Assembly: GCA_001442985.1 (NCBI GenBank)
Contig: LDYB01000007.1
Span: 3,288 to 67,287 of the forward strand
Direction: 5' to 3'
Length of the DNA: 64,000 bases
Source of the DNA: Armatimonadetes bacterium DC
GTDB taxonomy: Bacteria > Armatimonadota > Fimbriimonadia > Fimbriimonadales > GBS-DC
Position 1 is the stretch's first letter; every line of letters begins with the position of its first letter. The notes beneath the pieces are model-generated. The model was not told the origin of the DNA. It ran no database searches and saw only the letters and a program-made list of their open reading frames with translations. The translations under genes were made by a program, and so were the position numbers. Of this stretch, positions 48,979-58,335 are shown one piece after another.

Positions 48979-51087
48979 CTAACACCCACTGCCAAAGTGG
49001 AACAGTACGCTCAGCAAATCGGCGTCATCCACGGCGCCGTCCCTGTTCACATCTTCGGGGTGCGTGCCCGTTTGCCCAAAGGCGAACAGGATTGCGAGCA
49101 GGTCGGCGTCATCCACGCATCCGTCGTCGTTCACATCACCGTCGCGCCGGGCAAACGGATTGCGTGCCAGCACCACCGTTCCATCCGAGCGCCCATATGC
49201 AAGGTAGCGCCCATCGGCGGAGAATTGAACGCTGTAGACATACCTCCATGTTTCCTGAGTGTAGTCAACTGCCAGCAAGCCGTCGCTCACTTGCCACAGC
49301 TTGACGGTGCCATCGGAGCTCCCACTGGCTATGTACTGCCCGTCGGGGGAGAAGACAACGGAGGCAACGGTTCCTTGATGCCCCCTGAGAGTGCGAGTCC
49401 AGAAGCTGCCGCTCATCCGCCACAAGCGGATGGTATAATCCTCGCTCCCGCTTGCCACGTACCGTCCATCGGGCGAAAAGGCTACAGAAAGGATTGCATC
49501 GGTGTGCCCCGTGAAAGTGCGTACCAGCGCGCCGTCGCTCACGCGCCAAACTCGAACAGCGCGTTCCAGATCGCCACTGCCACATGCCAAATACTGCCCG
49601 TCGGGGGAGAAGGCGACCGCTCGGACGGTGTGGGTGTGCCCTGTGATGGTGCGTATCAGGGCGCCATCCTCAACCCGCCAGATATAAGCCCTGCCGCGCA
49701 TGCACAGACAGTCTGTATTAAGATGTTGGCTTGCTGCTGCCAGGTAGTATCCATCGGGCGAAAACGCCAGACAGAAGATACTATCCGTGTTCCCTGTGAA
49801 TGCACGGACTAAGGTTCCATCGGGTATCTGCCACAGTTTGGCGGAGCGATCGCCGCTTCCGCTCGCGCTTGCCAGATGCTGCCCATCAGGCGAAAACGCC
49901 AGCGAATAGACAGGCCCCGTATGTCCTATGATCGTGTTTACCAGCGTACCGTCGGCGACGCGCCACAGTCTGATAACTCTGTCCTCGCCTGCGCTTGCGA
50001 GGTACTGCCCGTCAGGCGAGAACGCCACAGCGTACACCGAACTCGTATGATTCGTGAGCGGACGCACCAGTTCGCCCTCGCGGAGTTGCCAGAGCAGTAT
50101 CATGCTGTCGTAGCCGCCGCTTACCAGATATTGTCCATCGGCAGACACGGAGATAGCTCGGATATACCCCGCGTGCCCTCGAAGCGTGCGAAGCAGGGTA
50201 CCATCACTGGGGTTCCAGAGTTTGATGGTTTGGTCCCAGCTGGCGCTGATCAGATACTGCCCGTCGGGTGAAAACGCTACGGAAGTGACAGTGTCTGTGT
50301 GCCCGGTTTGCGTGTACACAAGGGTTCCGTCGCTCACATTCCAGAGCTTGAGAGCATTATCCCCACCGCCGCTTGCTAGGTACTGCCCATCGGGCGAAAA
50401 GGCAACGGCGTTGCAACCCCCGATGTGCCTGCCGAATATGCGCACCAGCGAGCCGTCCTCCACGCGCCACAACCTGACAGTGCCATCCACATACTCACTG
50501 CCGCTTGCCAGGTACTGTCCATCAGGCGAGAAGGCTAAAGTGGTAACCCGATCCGTATGCCCCGTAATGGTGCGTATCAGCGTGCCTTCACTGAAATCCC
50601 ACACGCTAATCGTCCGGTCAGCGCCCGCACTTGCCAGATACTCCCCGTCGGGCGAAAAGGCCATTGAGTAGACGGGAACGGTGCTTCCGACAAGCGTGCG
50701 GACTAAGGCGCCATCATTGACGCGCCACACCCAGATAGTCCCTCCAGAACTCCCGCATGCCAGATATTGCCCGTCGGGCGAAAAGCTGACAGAGAACATC
50801 TCGTAGGGAAAATTACGCCCCACGAGCGTGCGTATTAACATCCCGTCGCTGACACGCCACAGCTTGACATCCCCCACACCCCCGCTTGCGACATACTGCC
50901 CGTCTGGGGAGAAGGCGAGGGCAAAAACACCTCCTGCCTGCCCTCCCCGCATCCACATAATATCGGGTCGGTTTTGCGCTAAACCAGGCGCGATGAGCAG
51001 GAGAATCGCAATGCTAATTGACACTATACGAACGCACAGAGCGTGTACCCCCATCTCCAGTTTCTTTTCAATTCTGAACATCGCCAT
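48979..51087 (-). CDS. Secreted WD40 beta-propeller protein with dockerin-like Ca-binding tail
   Basis: About 14 'GH...V..VAFSPDG.YLASG..D..V.LW' repeats; duplicated 'DVN.DG.VDDADLL'. Confidence 0.9.
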   Translation of the reverse strand: MAMFRIEKKLEMGVHALCVRIVSISIAILLLIAPGLAQNRPDIMWMRGGQAGGVFALAFSPDGQYVASGGVGDVKLWRVSDGMLIRTLVGRNFPYEMFSVSFSPDGQYLACGSSGGTIWVWRVNDGALVRTLVGSTVPVYSMAFSPDGEYLASAGADRTISVWDFSEGTLIRTITGHTDRVTTLAFSPDGQYLASGSEYVDGTVRLWRVEDGSLVRIFGRHIGGCNAVAFSPDGQYLASGGGDNALKLWNVSDGTLVYTQTGHTDTVTSVAFSPDGQYLISASWDQTIKLWNPSDGTLLRTLRGHAGYIRAISVSADGQYLVSGGYDSMILLWQLREGELVRPLTNHTSSVYAVAFSPDGQYLASAGEDRVIRLWRVADGTLVNTIIGHTGPVYSLAFSPDGQHLASASGSGDRSAKLWQIPDGTLVRAFTGNTDSIFCLAFSPDGYYLAAASQHLNTDCLCMRGRAYIWRVEDGALIRTITGHTHTVRAVAFSPDGQYLACGSGDLERAVRVWRVSDGALVRTFTGHTDAILSVAFSPDGRYVASGSEDYTIRLWRMSGSFWTRTLRGHQGTVASVVFSPDGQYIASGSSDGTVKLWQVSDGLLAVDYTQETWRYVYSVQFSADGRYLAYGRSDGTVVLARNPFARRDGDVNDDGCVDDADLLAILFAFGQTGTHPEDVNRDGAVDDADLLSVLFHFGSGC

Positions 51088-51127
51088 CCACCTCGCTGTC
51101 CACCGAATGGATATATTATACGCGATT

Positions 51128-51949
51128 TTATAGGGGTTTCTCTGGAGTTTCGACTTCTTTCAGCAGGCGAAGCAGGTGCTGAAACCCCGGCTGGAGTCGG
51201 GCGAAGGGGCGTGCGTGCCCGTAGTACTGCTCGGTGAGCGTCTTTTCGGCACGCATGAGTTGTTCCACCTGCTGGCGAGCGTGGTGGAGGAAGCGCGCCT
51301 CGTCCAGCTGCTGGTAGAGAGCGTGCCATTCGGGCGGGGCAAGCGGTTCGTCCAGCAGGGGCTGGAGCAGGGCACTTGCTTTGAGCAGGGTACGCAGGCG
51401 CCCCCAGCGCAGCTCCAGCGCCATCGTGGAGTTTTCTATAGCGGGGCGGTGTTCACGCAGGCACGCCTGCCACTGCTGGCTGGCATAGTCGGTGCAGGGC
51501 GGCTCCTGAGCGAACGACTCCGCCCAGCGGCGCGAAAGCCCCCCTATCTCTTCCAGCACATGGTCGCGCTGGAGTTGCTGGAGCGCTGTGTGAAGTCGCT
51601 GGAGGTGTGTTTCCTGCACCTGGTGCAGGCGCAGGCGCACGCGCTCGATGCCTGCCCGCGCGGGCGGAGGGGCGTCCCCTTGGCTCAGCCAATCCAGAAG
51701 GCGCTGATTCAGTTCCAGCTGGTGGAGCGCCCGCAACACACGCCGGAGCCGACGCTTCCAGAACGCAATTCGCGTAGGCGGGAAACAGGGCTGGAACACG
51801 CGCAGGCACACCTGAAGGGTGAAGAGGCTCTCACGGAGCATCTCCAGCGCGTCGGGGGTCCAGTCGGATTGGCGAATCAGCGGTCGCACCTGCGCTAAGA
51901 GTGTTTGAATGTGCGACGCCCCGTAGGCGCAGAATCCTTCTTTGCGCAT
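51128..51949 (-). CDS. Helical protein, degenerate CHAD-like domain
   Basis: 'CLRVFQPCFP...WKRRLRRVLRAL' resembles CHAD, but the canonical His/Arg motifs are not intact. Confidence 0.45.
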   Translation of the reverse strand: MRKEGFCAYGASHIQTLLAQVRPLIRQSDWTPDALEMLRESLFTLQVCLRVFQPCFPPTRIAFWKRRLRRVLRALHQLELNQRLLDWLSQGDAPPPARAGIERVRLRLHQVQETHLQRLHTALQQLQRDHVLEEIGGLSRRWAESFAQEPPCTDYASQQWQACLREHRPAIENSTMALELRWGRLRTLLKASALLQPLLDEPLAPPEWHALYQQLDEARFLHHARQQVEQLMRAEKTLTEQYYGHARPFARLQPGFQHLLRLLKEVETPEKPL

Positions 51950-52686
51950 CAGGGTGTGGGGGTGGTCTCAGGGGGGTCTAACGCCGCCCAGTAGAGCATG
52001 CGTCCGCAGCTTTCGCAGGTTACGGGGTCATGCGATTCTTTGAGCCGGTTGACGAGGTAGGGAGTGAGTTTGGTGCGGCATGCGGCGCAGGCTTCGTTTT
52101 CGACGCGGGCGACGGCTTTGCGTGCGAGTCGGGGTCGCATGGTTTCGTAGCGCTGGACGAGGGCAGGTTCTATTTGCGCCACGAGCTGGGCGCGCATGGC
52201 TTCGCGCTTCTCGATTTCCGCCTCAAGGCGTGCTTTTTGCGCCTGATAGCGTTGCTGGTGCTGTTCGAACATCACCTCGATCTGGCGCAGGTCGGCTTCG
52301 GTTTCTTGAATCTGTTGTCCCTGAGTCTCCATCTCTTCCCAGAGGCGGAGCAGTTCCAGTTCCATCTGGTCGTGGGCGCGGCGCATGGCGTCGATGTCGT
52401 GCTGGAGTGCTTCCAGTTCGCGGGGGTTTCGGATGCGTCCGGAATAGAGTTCCGCCTCGGCGTGGCGGATGCGCTCTTCCGCGCTCTGCAGTTGAAGTTG
52501 CTGGTCGTGCGCCGCCGCTTGCAGTTCGCGGTAGCGTTGTTTAATCTCTTCCAGTCGCTGGCGCGATTCGTTGAGTCGCTGGCGCAGGTGTTCGCCCGGA
52601 TCGAGGCGTTTCAGCAGCTGGCGGAGCTGATCCAGCTCATCGTCCAGCTGCTGAAGCCGATCCAGAAGCCGCATCTGCGGGTGCAT
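51949..52686 (-). CDS. Coiled-coil + C4 zinc-ribbon protein (DUF164-like)
   Basis: 'LQQLD', 'NPRELEALQHDI', 'CAAC...CESCGRMLY'. Confidence 0.88.
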   Translation of the reverse strand: MHPQMRLLDRLQQLDDELDQLRQLLKRLDPGEHLRQRLNESRQRLEEIKQRYRELQAAAHDQQLQLQSAEERIRHAEAELYSGRIRNPRELEALQHDIDAMRRAHDQMELELLRLWEEMETQGQQIQETEADLRQIEVMFEQHQQRYQAQKARLEAEIEKREAMRAQLVAQIEPALVQRYETMRPRLARKAVARVENEACAACRTKLTPYLVNRLKESHDPVTCESCGRMLYWAALDPPETTPTP

Positions 52687-52693
52687 CGGCGTC

Positions 52694-54574
52694 CTACCCC
52701 CCTATCAGGTACTGACGCGCCTTCTTGGTGATGGGTTTGCCGATTTCGTCTTCCTTCAGGTGCCACACGGGCGAGCCTTTGTGGAGTTCGAAGCAGGGGT
52801 AGGCGCTGAGGATTGATGCCGTAACCTCGCGCTTCGTGCGCCGCACGATGTTGACCTCGTTGTGCAGGGTCAGGTAGTCGGCGCCGCGGGGGTGTCCGCG
52901 CATCAACTCCACCATGATGTGGTAGGTGGAGAGCTGATCGGCGCGCTCCTGAAGCTCCAGCAGTTTCTCGTAACGCGCATGGGAGACCGCCAGTAGCGGA
53001 TCCGTTTCGCCCGTGAAGCGGAAGTAGAACACATCAGGCTGGTCGGTGCGCTCCAGCTCGAAGATTGCGCCCGAAAGGATGTCCAGCTCGGCGAACTTAT
53101 CGAATAGCCCATACACCAGGCGTGTTTCGTGGTTCAGCCACACTTCGTGTGCTTGCCCGTTCTCATCAATAAAAGTCACCTGTTGAATCGTGGGCTGGTC
53201 TGCGAAAAAGCCGAGCGGGATCTGGCACATCGGGAGGGTGCCGAGGTCCTTATGGGGCGGGCGCAGCACGATTCGCACCTTCTGGGGTACTTCTGGGGGC
53301 ATAGCGGGCGTCTCTTCGTCGTCCACATCCTGAGCGCGGGGGTCGCGAATCTCCTCGCGTAGAGAACGCGGGTAGGCTTCGGGGTCTAACACCACATCAT
53401 ACGGCTCGCCCTGCTCGTTCAGGATTTGCGGAAGTGGCGGGAACAGGAGGATGGCAGGCACGGTCCGCACATATTCGGGCATATCGGTGTCGCGCCCGAA
53501 TCGGTCATAGCCGTACCATGTCAGGCGTCCATCGCTCCAGAGTGCGGAAATCAGCGTATCGAGGTCTTCGCGGAAGGTGCGGCTCTGAGGTGAGACTTCG
53601 AACATCTCTTCCAGCAGTTGCGAGGCGCGGGCGATGCCCGGTCGCTGGAGGAGTTGCGATACAATCTGTTCCACCTCGTCGGGGCGCAGTTCCAGCGGCT
53701 GGGTCTCTTCGGGGGGCATTTCGGCGAGCCACTGGCGCACAAGGGCGCGCCCGCGCTCCAGCCATTCCGCTTCCACCGATTTGGGATACCATGCGCCATC
53801 AGAACCCCACGCATACGCATCCGAAGCCCAAACCGCCTCAAACAGCGCCACCCCGTCGTAGGGGAACACCCAGCGCGGGTCGGGGTCCAGATTGAAGTAC
53901 CAGTGCATGAAGCCCAGCAGGCGGTTCGGGATAGGCTCTTCTGCCTGCTGCAGATACGCCACCACCCATTCGGGGTTGGTGAAGTCCAGCTTCATTTTAC
54001 GCGCCTTTTTGAGGTGGGGTTCTACCTCTTTCCATGTGAGGTCGTTGTAGAAGAGGGCGTCGTGGACAGCGCGCTCGCGTTCCGCTGGCTCCTCCCAGAG
54101 GTAGGCGATGGGCTCAATCCATTCGGGGCGGAAGAGCCATTCACGAAGCCCAATTATGTTGCTGGGGGTGATAAATAGATTCTGCGCGTTCCGACACAGC
54201 TGGGGCAGGATGGTTTCGAAATATTCATGGCTTCGGCGGTAGCGTGCGCCCAGCTCCAGCGCGACCGCATCGCGGGATACGGGCGCGCCCACCGCCCGCA
54301 CAATCCGCTCCGCAAACGCCACAATCGGCGAACGGTTCGACACTTTCCGATACAGCGGTAGCCAGCGGCGCTCCTCCTGAAGAAACTTCTCTGGCTGGTT
54401 ATACAGCAGCGCGCGCACCTCGCCCGAGCTCAATCCCAGCGCCTGAATCCGATCGCGCACCTCGTTTGTGCGCAACGGCACCGGCGTGCCCTGCATAAAA
54501 CCTAACAGTACCTGACGCGCCAGATAGTCCAGCGCCAGCCTGTCCTGTGGTGAGAATACGGTGGTCTCCATCAT
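52694..54574 (-). CDS. Hypothetical protein, possibly several winged-helix domains
   Basis: Long host-like ORF; 'NIIGLREW' recalls HARE-HTH/RpoE-delta. Confidence 0.6.
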   Translation of the reverse strand: MMETTVFSPQDRLALDYLARQVLLGFMQGTPVPLRTNEVRDRIQALGLSSGEVRALLYNQPEKFLQEERRWLPLYRKVSNRSPIVAFAERIVRAVGAPVSRDAVALELGARYRRSHEYFETILPQLCRNAQNLFITPSNIIGLREWLFRPEWIEPIAYLWEEPAERERAVHDALFYNDLTWKEVEPHLKKARKMKLDFTNPEWVVAYLQQAEEPIPNRLLGFMHWYFNLDPDPRWVFPYDGVALFEAVWASDAYAWGSDGAWYPKSVEAEWLERGRALVRQWLAEMPPEETQPLELRPDEVEQIVSQLLQRPGIARASQLLEEMFEVSPQSRTFREDLDTLISALWSDGRLTWYGYDRFGRDTDMPEYVRTVPAILLFPPLPQILNEQGEPYDVVLDPEAYPRSLREEIRDPRAQDVDDEETPAMPPEVPQKVRIVLRPPHKDLGTLPMCQIPLGFFADQPTIQQVTFIDENGQAHEVWLNHETRLVYGLFDKFAELDILSGAIFELERTDQPDVFYFRFTGETDPLLAVSHARYEKLLELQERADQLSTYHIMVELMRGHPRGADYLTLHNEVNIVRRTKREVTASILSAYPCFELHKGSPVWHLKEDEIGKPITKKARQYLIGG

Positions 54575-54605
54575 CGTCTCAGTCCTCTTCCGAAGCGTCC
54601 CTTAA

Positions 54606-56255
54606 TTATGACACATCGCCCTCCTGATTCGTATGGCGCGGGTGAAGCACATACAAAAGCAGCGACAGAAGCCACAACACCGCGCCATACAGGTAAAACG
54701 CGGGAGCCACCTCCCACACCCTCTGCGCCGGGGTGTCTATCATACCCCACACGGGATACACCACGGAAAGATAGAAGGCGGGCGACTCCCTCATGAACAT
54801 ATCGGAGAAGAGTGTCATGTGCAGGATTGGGGGTAGCAGGAACAGCACGGCGTAGCATCCGAGCGTGAGCCATCGCGCGGCTGCCACAGAACGCCCCTTT
54901 AAAAGAGCGGAACAGAGCTGCGCGCATGCCCACAGGAACACCCACAAGCCCGTGTAGTAAAACAGGAGCGTGACGAGGTACGCCCACACTTCTGGCGAAA
55001 AAAGGACAAAGAGGGGTTGCATCGCAAGCGCCAGCCCCGCAATCGCGGCGAACCATAAGCTTAGAATGTAAGGCAGGGAACCGGACGGTTTGCCCGTGAG
55101 CATATCCCGCACGCGAATCCGCCTGTTCCACACCACCCTGCGCTCTTCCTGACCGCCGTAAGGGGCGAGAAACAGAATGAGGAGCGGCATGGGCGCCGGC
55201 AGAGCGAACCCGACCAGAGGCAATATATCAGTGATTCCGAACCCCCCGCCGTGCCCAATTCCTCCAGCCGCAATCAAGTGCTGAACGGGCGGCGCAAAAC
55301 TCAGCCACGAGGCGAGAAACACTGCCAGCAGCATCTGACGCCTCAGCGAGGGGAGCGTATCTTTATCGTACAGCCCCACCTTCGGCGCGGCGCCAGTCAG
55401 CAGCATGCGAGTCGCCAGCAAACACACCAGCACGCCCACCACCACGCCCGGAATCTCCAAGCCGAAAGCGTTGAACACCGTGTCTGCCACATAGGGCGCG
55501 GAAAAGGGGCTCAGGGCGCTAAGGGGCATCACCAGTTCGCGCCCTGTCGCGCCAGGCGGCGGAGCGAGCCGTGTCGTTGCTTGCGCAATCGTCATAATTC
55601 CCAGCACGACCACCAGCAACCCCACCCGCAGGTAGCTCAAGAACACGGCGGTGGTGGAGTTGCGGGCATAGGCGGAGCTGAACAGCGCCAGCGCACACAG
55701 CACCATCGCACTGGCGGCAATCAACACATAGGTCTCCAGCATCTCTCGAATCGTCGCTCCCCCCATCAGCAGGCTCACTCCGCTTACGGGCAGGGTCAGC
55801 GCGAGCAGCAACAGCACAAACCCCAGCGAGCCAAGCAGTTTGCCCGTCAGCAGCTGGCGGGCGGTCAGTGGCGTCGCCGCCAGCAGATCCATCGTGCGTC
55901 GCTCGCGCTCTAAGGTAATCGCGTTTGCCGTCAGCGCGGGGGCGATTAGCACAATCAGGGCAGTCAGCGTGCCCATCACCGTCGCGTGGAACGCCTGCAG
56001 GCTCTGCTGCGCCTCGAAGGGATTGCGCATCACCTCGTCGGAGACCACATTCTGGTACACCAGCATCACGATCAGGATCATAAAGCCCAGGTAGAGGCTC
56101 TGCAGGAAGTAGCTGCGGCTGAGCCGCACACGCACCCGCGCCTCACGCCCCACTACCGGGTTGCCCCACACCTGCGTGAAGGTCCCGACCACATAACGCC
56201 CCCAATCGCGGAGCCAGCTCCGTGTCAACAACGCCACTTTTGCCACGCGACTCAC
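54606..56255 (-). CDS. ABC-2-type transporter permease
   Basis: 'NPVVGRE', 'APALTANAITLERERRTMDLL..TPL', 'GKL'. Confidence 0.85.
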   Translation of the reverse strand: MSRVAKVALLTRSWLRDWGRYVVGTFTQVWGNPVVGREARVRVRLSRSYFLQSLYLGFMILIVMLVYQNVVSDEVMRNPFEAQQSLQAFHATVMGTLTALIVLIAPALTANAITLERERRTMDLLAATPLTARQLLTGKLLGSLGFVLLLLALTLPVSGVSLLMGGATIREMLETYVLIAASAMVLCALALFSSAYARNSTTAVFLSYLRVGLLVVVLGIMTIAQATTRLAPPPGATGRELVMPLSALSPFSAPYVADTVFNAFGLEIPGVVVGVLVCLLATRMLLTGAAPKVGLYDKDTLPSLRRQMLLAVFLASWLSFAPPVQHLIAAGGIGHGGGFGITDILPLVGFALPAPMPLLILFLAPYGGQEERRVVWNRRIRVRDMLTGKPSGSLPYILSLWFAAIAGLALAMQPLFVLFSPEVWAYLVTLLFYYTGLWVFLWACAQLCSALLKGRSVAAARWLTLGCYAVLFLLPPILHMTLFSDMFMRESPAFYLSVVYPVWGMIDTPAQRVWEVAPAFYLYGAVLWLLSLLLYVLHPRHTNQEGDVS

Positions 56256-56343
56256 CTGTAAAAAGTGATACGCCGTTTATGGGGTATTTCCTGCTCCGGT
56301 CAGGAACTCTGGCGTGCTAAATCGGGTATACTTTACAACGCCT

Positions 56344-57531
56344 ATGGCTCGTAAGCGTGGGACAGTGCTTCTGGCGATGAGTGGGGGGGTAGACAGTTCG
56401 GTCGCTGCGGTACTCCTGCAGAAGCGTGGCTACGAAGTGATTGGGGTCACGATGCAGATCTGGCAGGAGTCGCACCCCGACCCCCGACACGGCGGCTGCT
56501 GCTCGCTCGGCGCGGTAGAGGACGCGCGGCGCGTGGCGCGGCGGCTCGGCATCCCGCACTATGTGCTGAACTTCCGCCGCGTGTTCGCCGACACCGTGAT
56601 TCGCGACTTTATCCACGAATACCGCCGCGGGCGCACGCCCAACCCGTGCGTGCAGTGCAACCGCTTTGTGAAGTTTGACGCCCTGCTCAAGAAGGCGGAC
56701 GAGCTGGGCTGCGACTACATCGCCACCGGGCACTACGCCCGCGTGCGCTATAACCCCCACACAGGGCGCTGGAATCTGCTCCGCGCCGTGAACAAGGATA
56801 AAGACCAGTCCTATGTGCTCTATATGCTGAATCAGGAGCAGTTGCGGCGGAGCCTGTTCCCGCTGGGCACACTCCCCAGCAAGGAGCAGACCCGCCAGAT
56901 TGCCCGCGAGATGGGGCTGTGGACCGCCGACAAGCCTGATAGTCAGGAGATTTGTTTTGTGGCGCATCTGGGCGGTTATCACCAATTTTTGCGCGAAGTG
57001 ACGCCCGACGCCTTCAAGCCGGGCGAGATTCGGGATGTGCATGGGCGCGTGCTGGGGATGCATCAGGGAATTGCGCTCTACACCATCGGACAGCGCCGAC
57101 GACTGAACATCCCCAGCCCGGTGCCGATGTATGTGCTACGCATCCTGCCCGAAGAGAACGCTATCATCGTGGGCACCGAGGACCAGCTCTACGAGCGCGA
57201 GATGTGGGTGGGCGATGTGGTGTGGAGCAGTATCCCCGAACTCACAAAGCCTTTGAAAGTGATGGCAAAAATTCGGTATAATATGCCTGCCGCGCCAGCG
57301 AAGGTTTTCCCGACAGAGCGCGAAGATCAGGTACGGGTCGTGTTTGATCACCCTGTGCGCGCCATTACGCCCGGGCAGATTGCAGTGTTCTACCGGGGCG
57401 AGACGGTGGTGGGGGGCGGAACCATCCTGGCGCCGAACCAGATAGAGGTGGACTCCGAGACCACCGAACAGGCAGTTAAGCGTGCCCTGCAACGGGTACA
57501 GCCATTCATGCTGGAGGGGGCTATCGAATGA
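56344..57531 (+). CDS. mnmA: tRNA 2-thiouridylase
   Basis: 'AMSGGVDSSVAA', 'TPNPCVQCN', 'ATGHYAR', 'KDQSY', 'DSQEICF', 'TPGQ'. Confidence 0.96.
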   Translation: MARKRGTVLLAMSGGVDSSVAAVLLQKRGYEVIGVTMQIWQESHPDPRHGGCCSLGAVEDARRVARRLGIPHYVLNFRRVFADTVIRDFIHEYRRGRTPNPCVQCNRFVKFDALLKKADELGCDYIATGHYARVRYNPHTGRWNLLRAVNKDKDQSYVLYMLNQEQLRRSLFPLGTLPSKEQTRQIAREMGLWTADKPDSQEICFVAHLGGYHQFLREVTPDAFKPGEIRDVHGRVLGMHQGIALYTIGQRRRLNIPSPVPMYVLRILPEENAIIVGTEDQLYEREMWVGDVVWSSIPELTKPLKVMAKIRYNMPAAPAKVFPTEREDQVRVVFDHPVRAITPGQIAVFYRGETVVGGGTILAPNQIEVDSETTEQAVKRALQRVQPFMLEGAIE

Positions 57532-58067
57532 ACGAGACTTTGCTGGCGATTCTGATAGGGCTGATGGTGTTGAACCTTGTCGTGCTGAGCGGCGCAGTGG
57601 CGGCGCTGGCGATTGCCCTGCGCAAGCAACTGCCCGAAATCCGCCAGCGCGTCGACACGGTGCAACAGCGCGTGCTGACCCTGCTGGACGAAACGATCCC
57701 CGCACTCCAGGGAACCCACAAGGCTCTGGATGAGGCGACCCGCGCACTGCACGAAGCCGCCGAAACAATAGAGAACCTGCACATCGTAACCGACAACATC
57801 CGCCACAAGCTGGAAGTGGCAGACCAGATTGCCGCGAAGGTGCGACGCCTGCCTGAAAAGACTGCCCGCTTGCTGGGCAGGCTGATTCATCACACTTTCC
57901 AGCTGGGCGGACGGGTGGTGGCACGCCAGATAGACCGCCTCAGCCCGAAACCCGTGCGCCCCAGCGTCTATCAGCCGATTTCCGCCGAACCCACGGCGGA
58001 GACGACCCCCACCGAGGTCGTAGAACACACACCAACACAAGGAGGGATGACCGATGCAAAACCATGA
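57528..58067 (+). CDS. Membrane-anchored helical protein (DUF948-like)
   Basis: N-terminal TM + heptad helix; adjacent to a YtxH-like gene. Confidence 0.6.
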   Translation: MNETLLAILIGLMVLNLVVLSGAVAALAIALRKQLPEIRQRVDTVQQRVLTLLDETIPALQGTHKALDEATRALHEAAETIENLHIVTDNIRHKLEVADQIAAKVRRLPEKTARLLGRLIHHTFQLGGRVVARQIDRLSPKPVRPSVYQPISAEPTAETTPTEVVEHTPTQGGMTDAKP

Positions 58068-58332
58068 TGAGCGCAGTGGATTGCTCTATCTGCTGGCAGG
58101 AATTGGTCTGGGTGCGCTGATCGGCGCAGTGATTGCGCTGCTGTTTGCGCCCAAGTCGGGCGAGGAGATTCGCAGCGACCTGAGCCAGCGCGTCCACGAC
58201 CTGTCGGAGAAAGTGCGCGAGCTGGCGACCCAGGTCTATGAGCGTGGCGGAGAGACGGTGCGAACCGTGCGCGAGCGCATCGCGCGCAAAGCCCACGAAG
58301 TCGGCGAAGAGATTGCACCCGACGAAGCCTGA
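58054..58332 (+). CDS. YtxH-like protein
   Basis: 'GALIGAVIALLFAPKSGEEIR'. Confidence 0.88.
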   Translation: MQNHDERSGLLYLLAGIGLGALIGAVIALLFAPKSGEEIRSDLSQRVHDLSEKVRELATQVYERGGETVRTVRERIARKAHEVGEEIAPDEA

Positions 58333-58335
58333 GCG

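Noticed and set aside
49150-50950. ~126-bp periodic DNA similarity
   Set aside because: Explained by WD40 coding repeats
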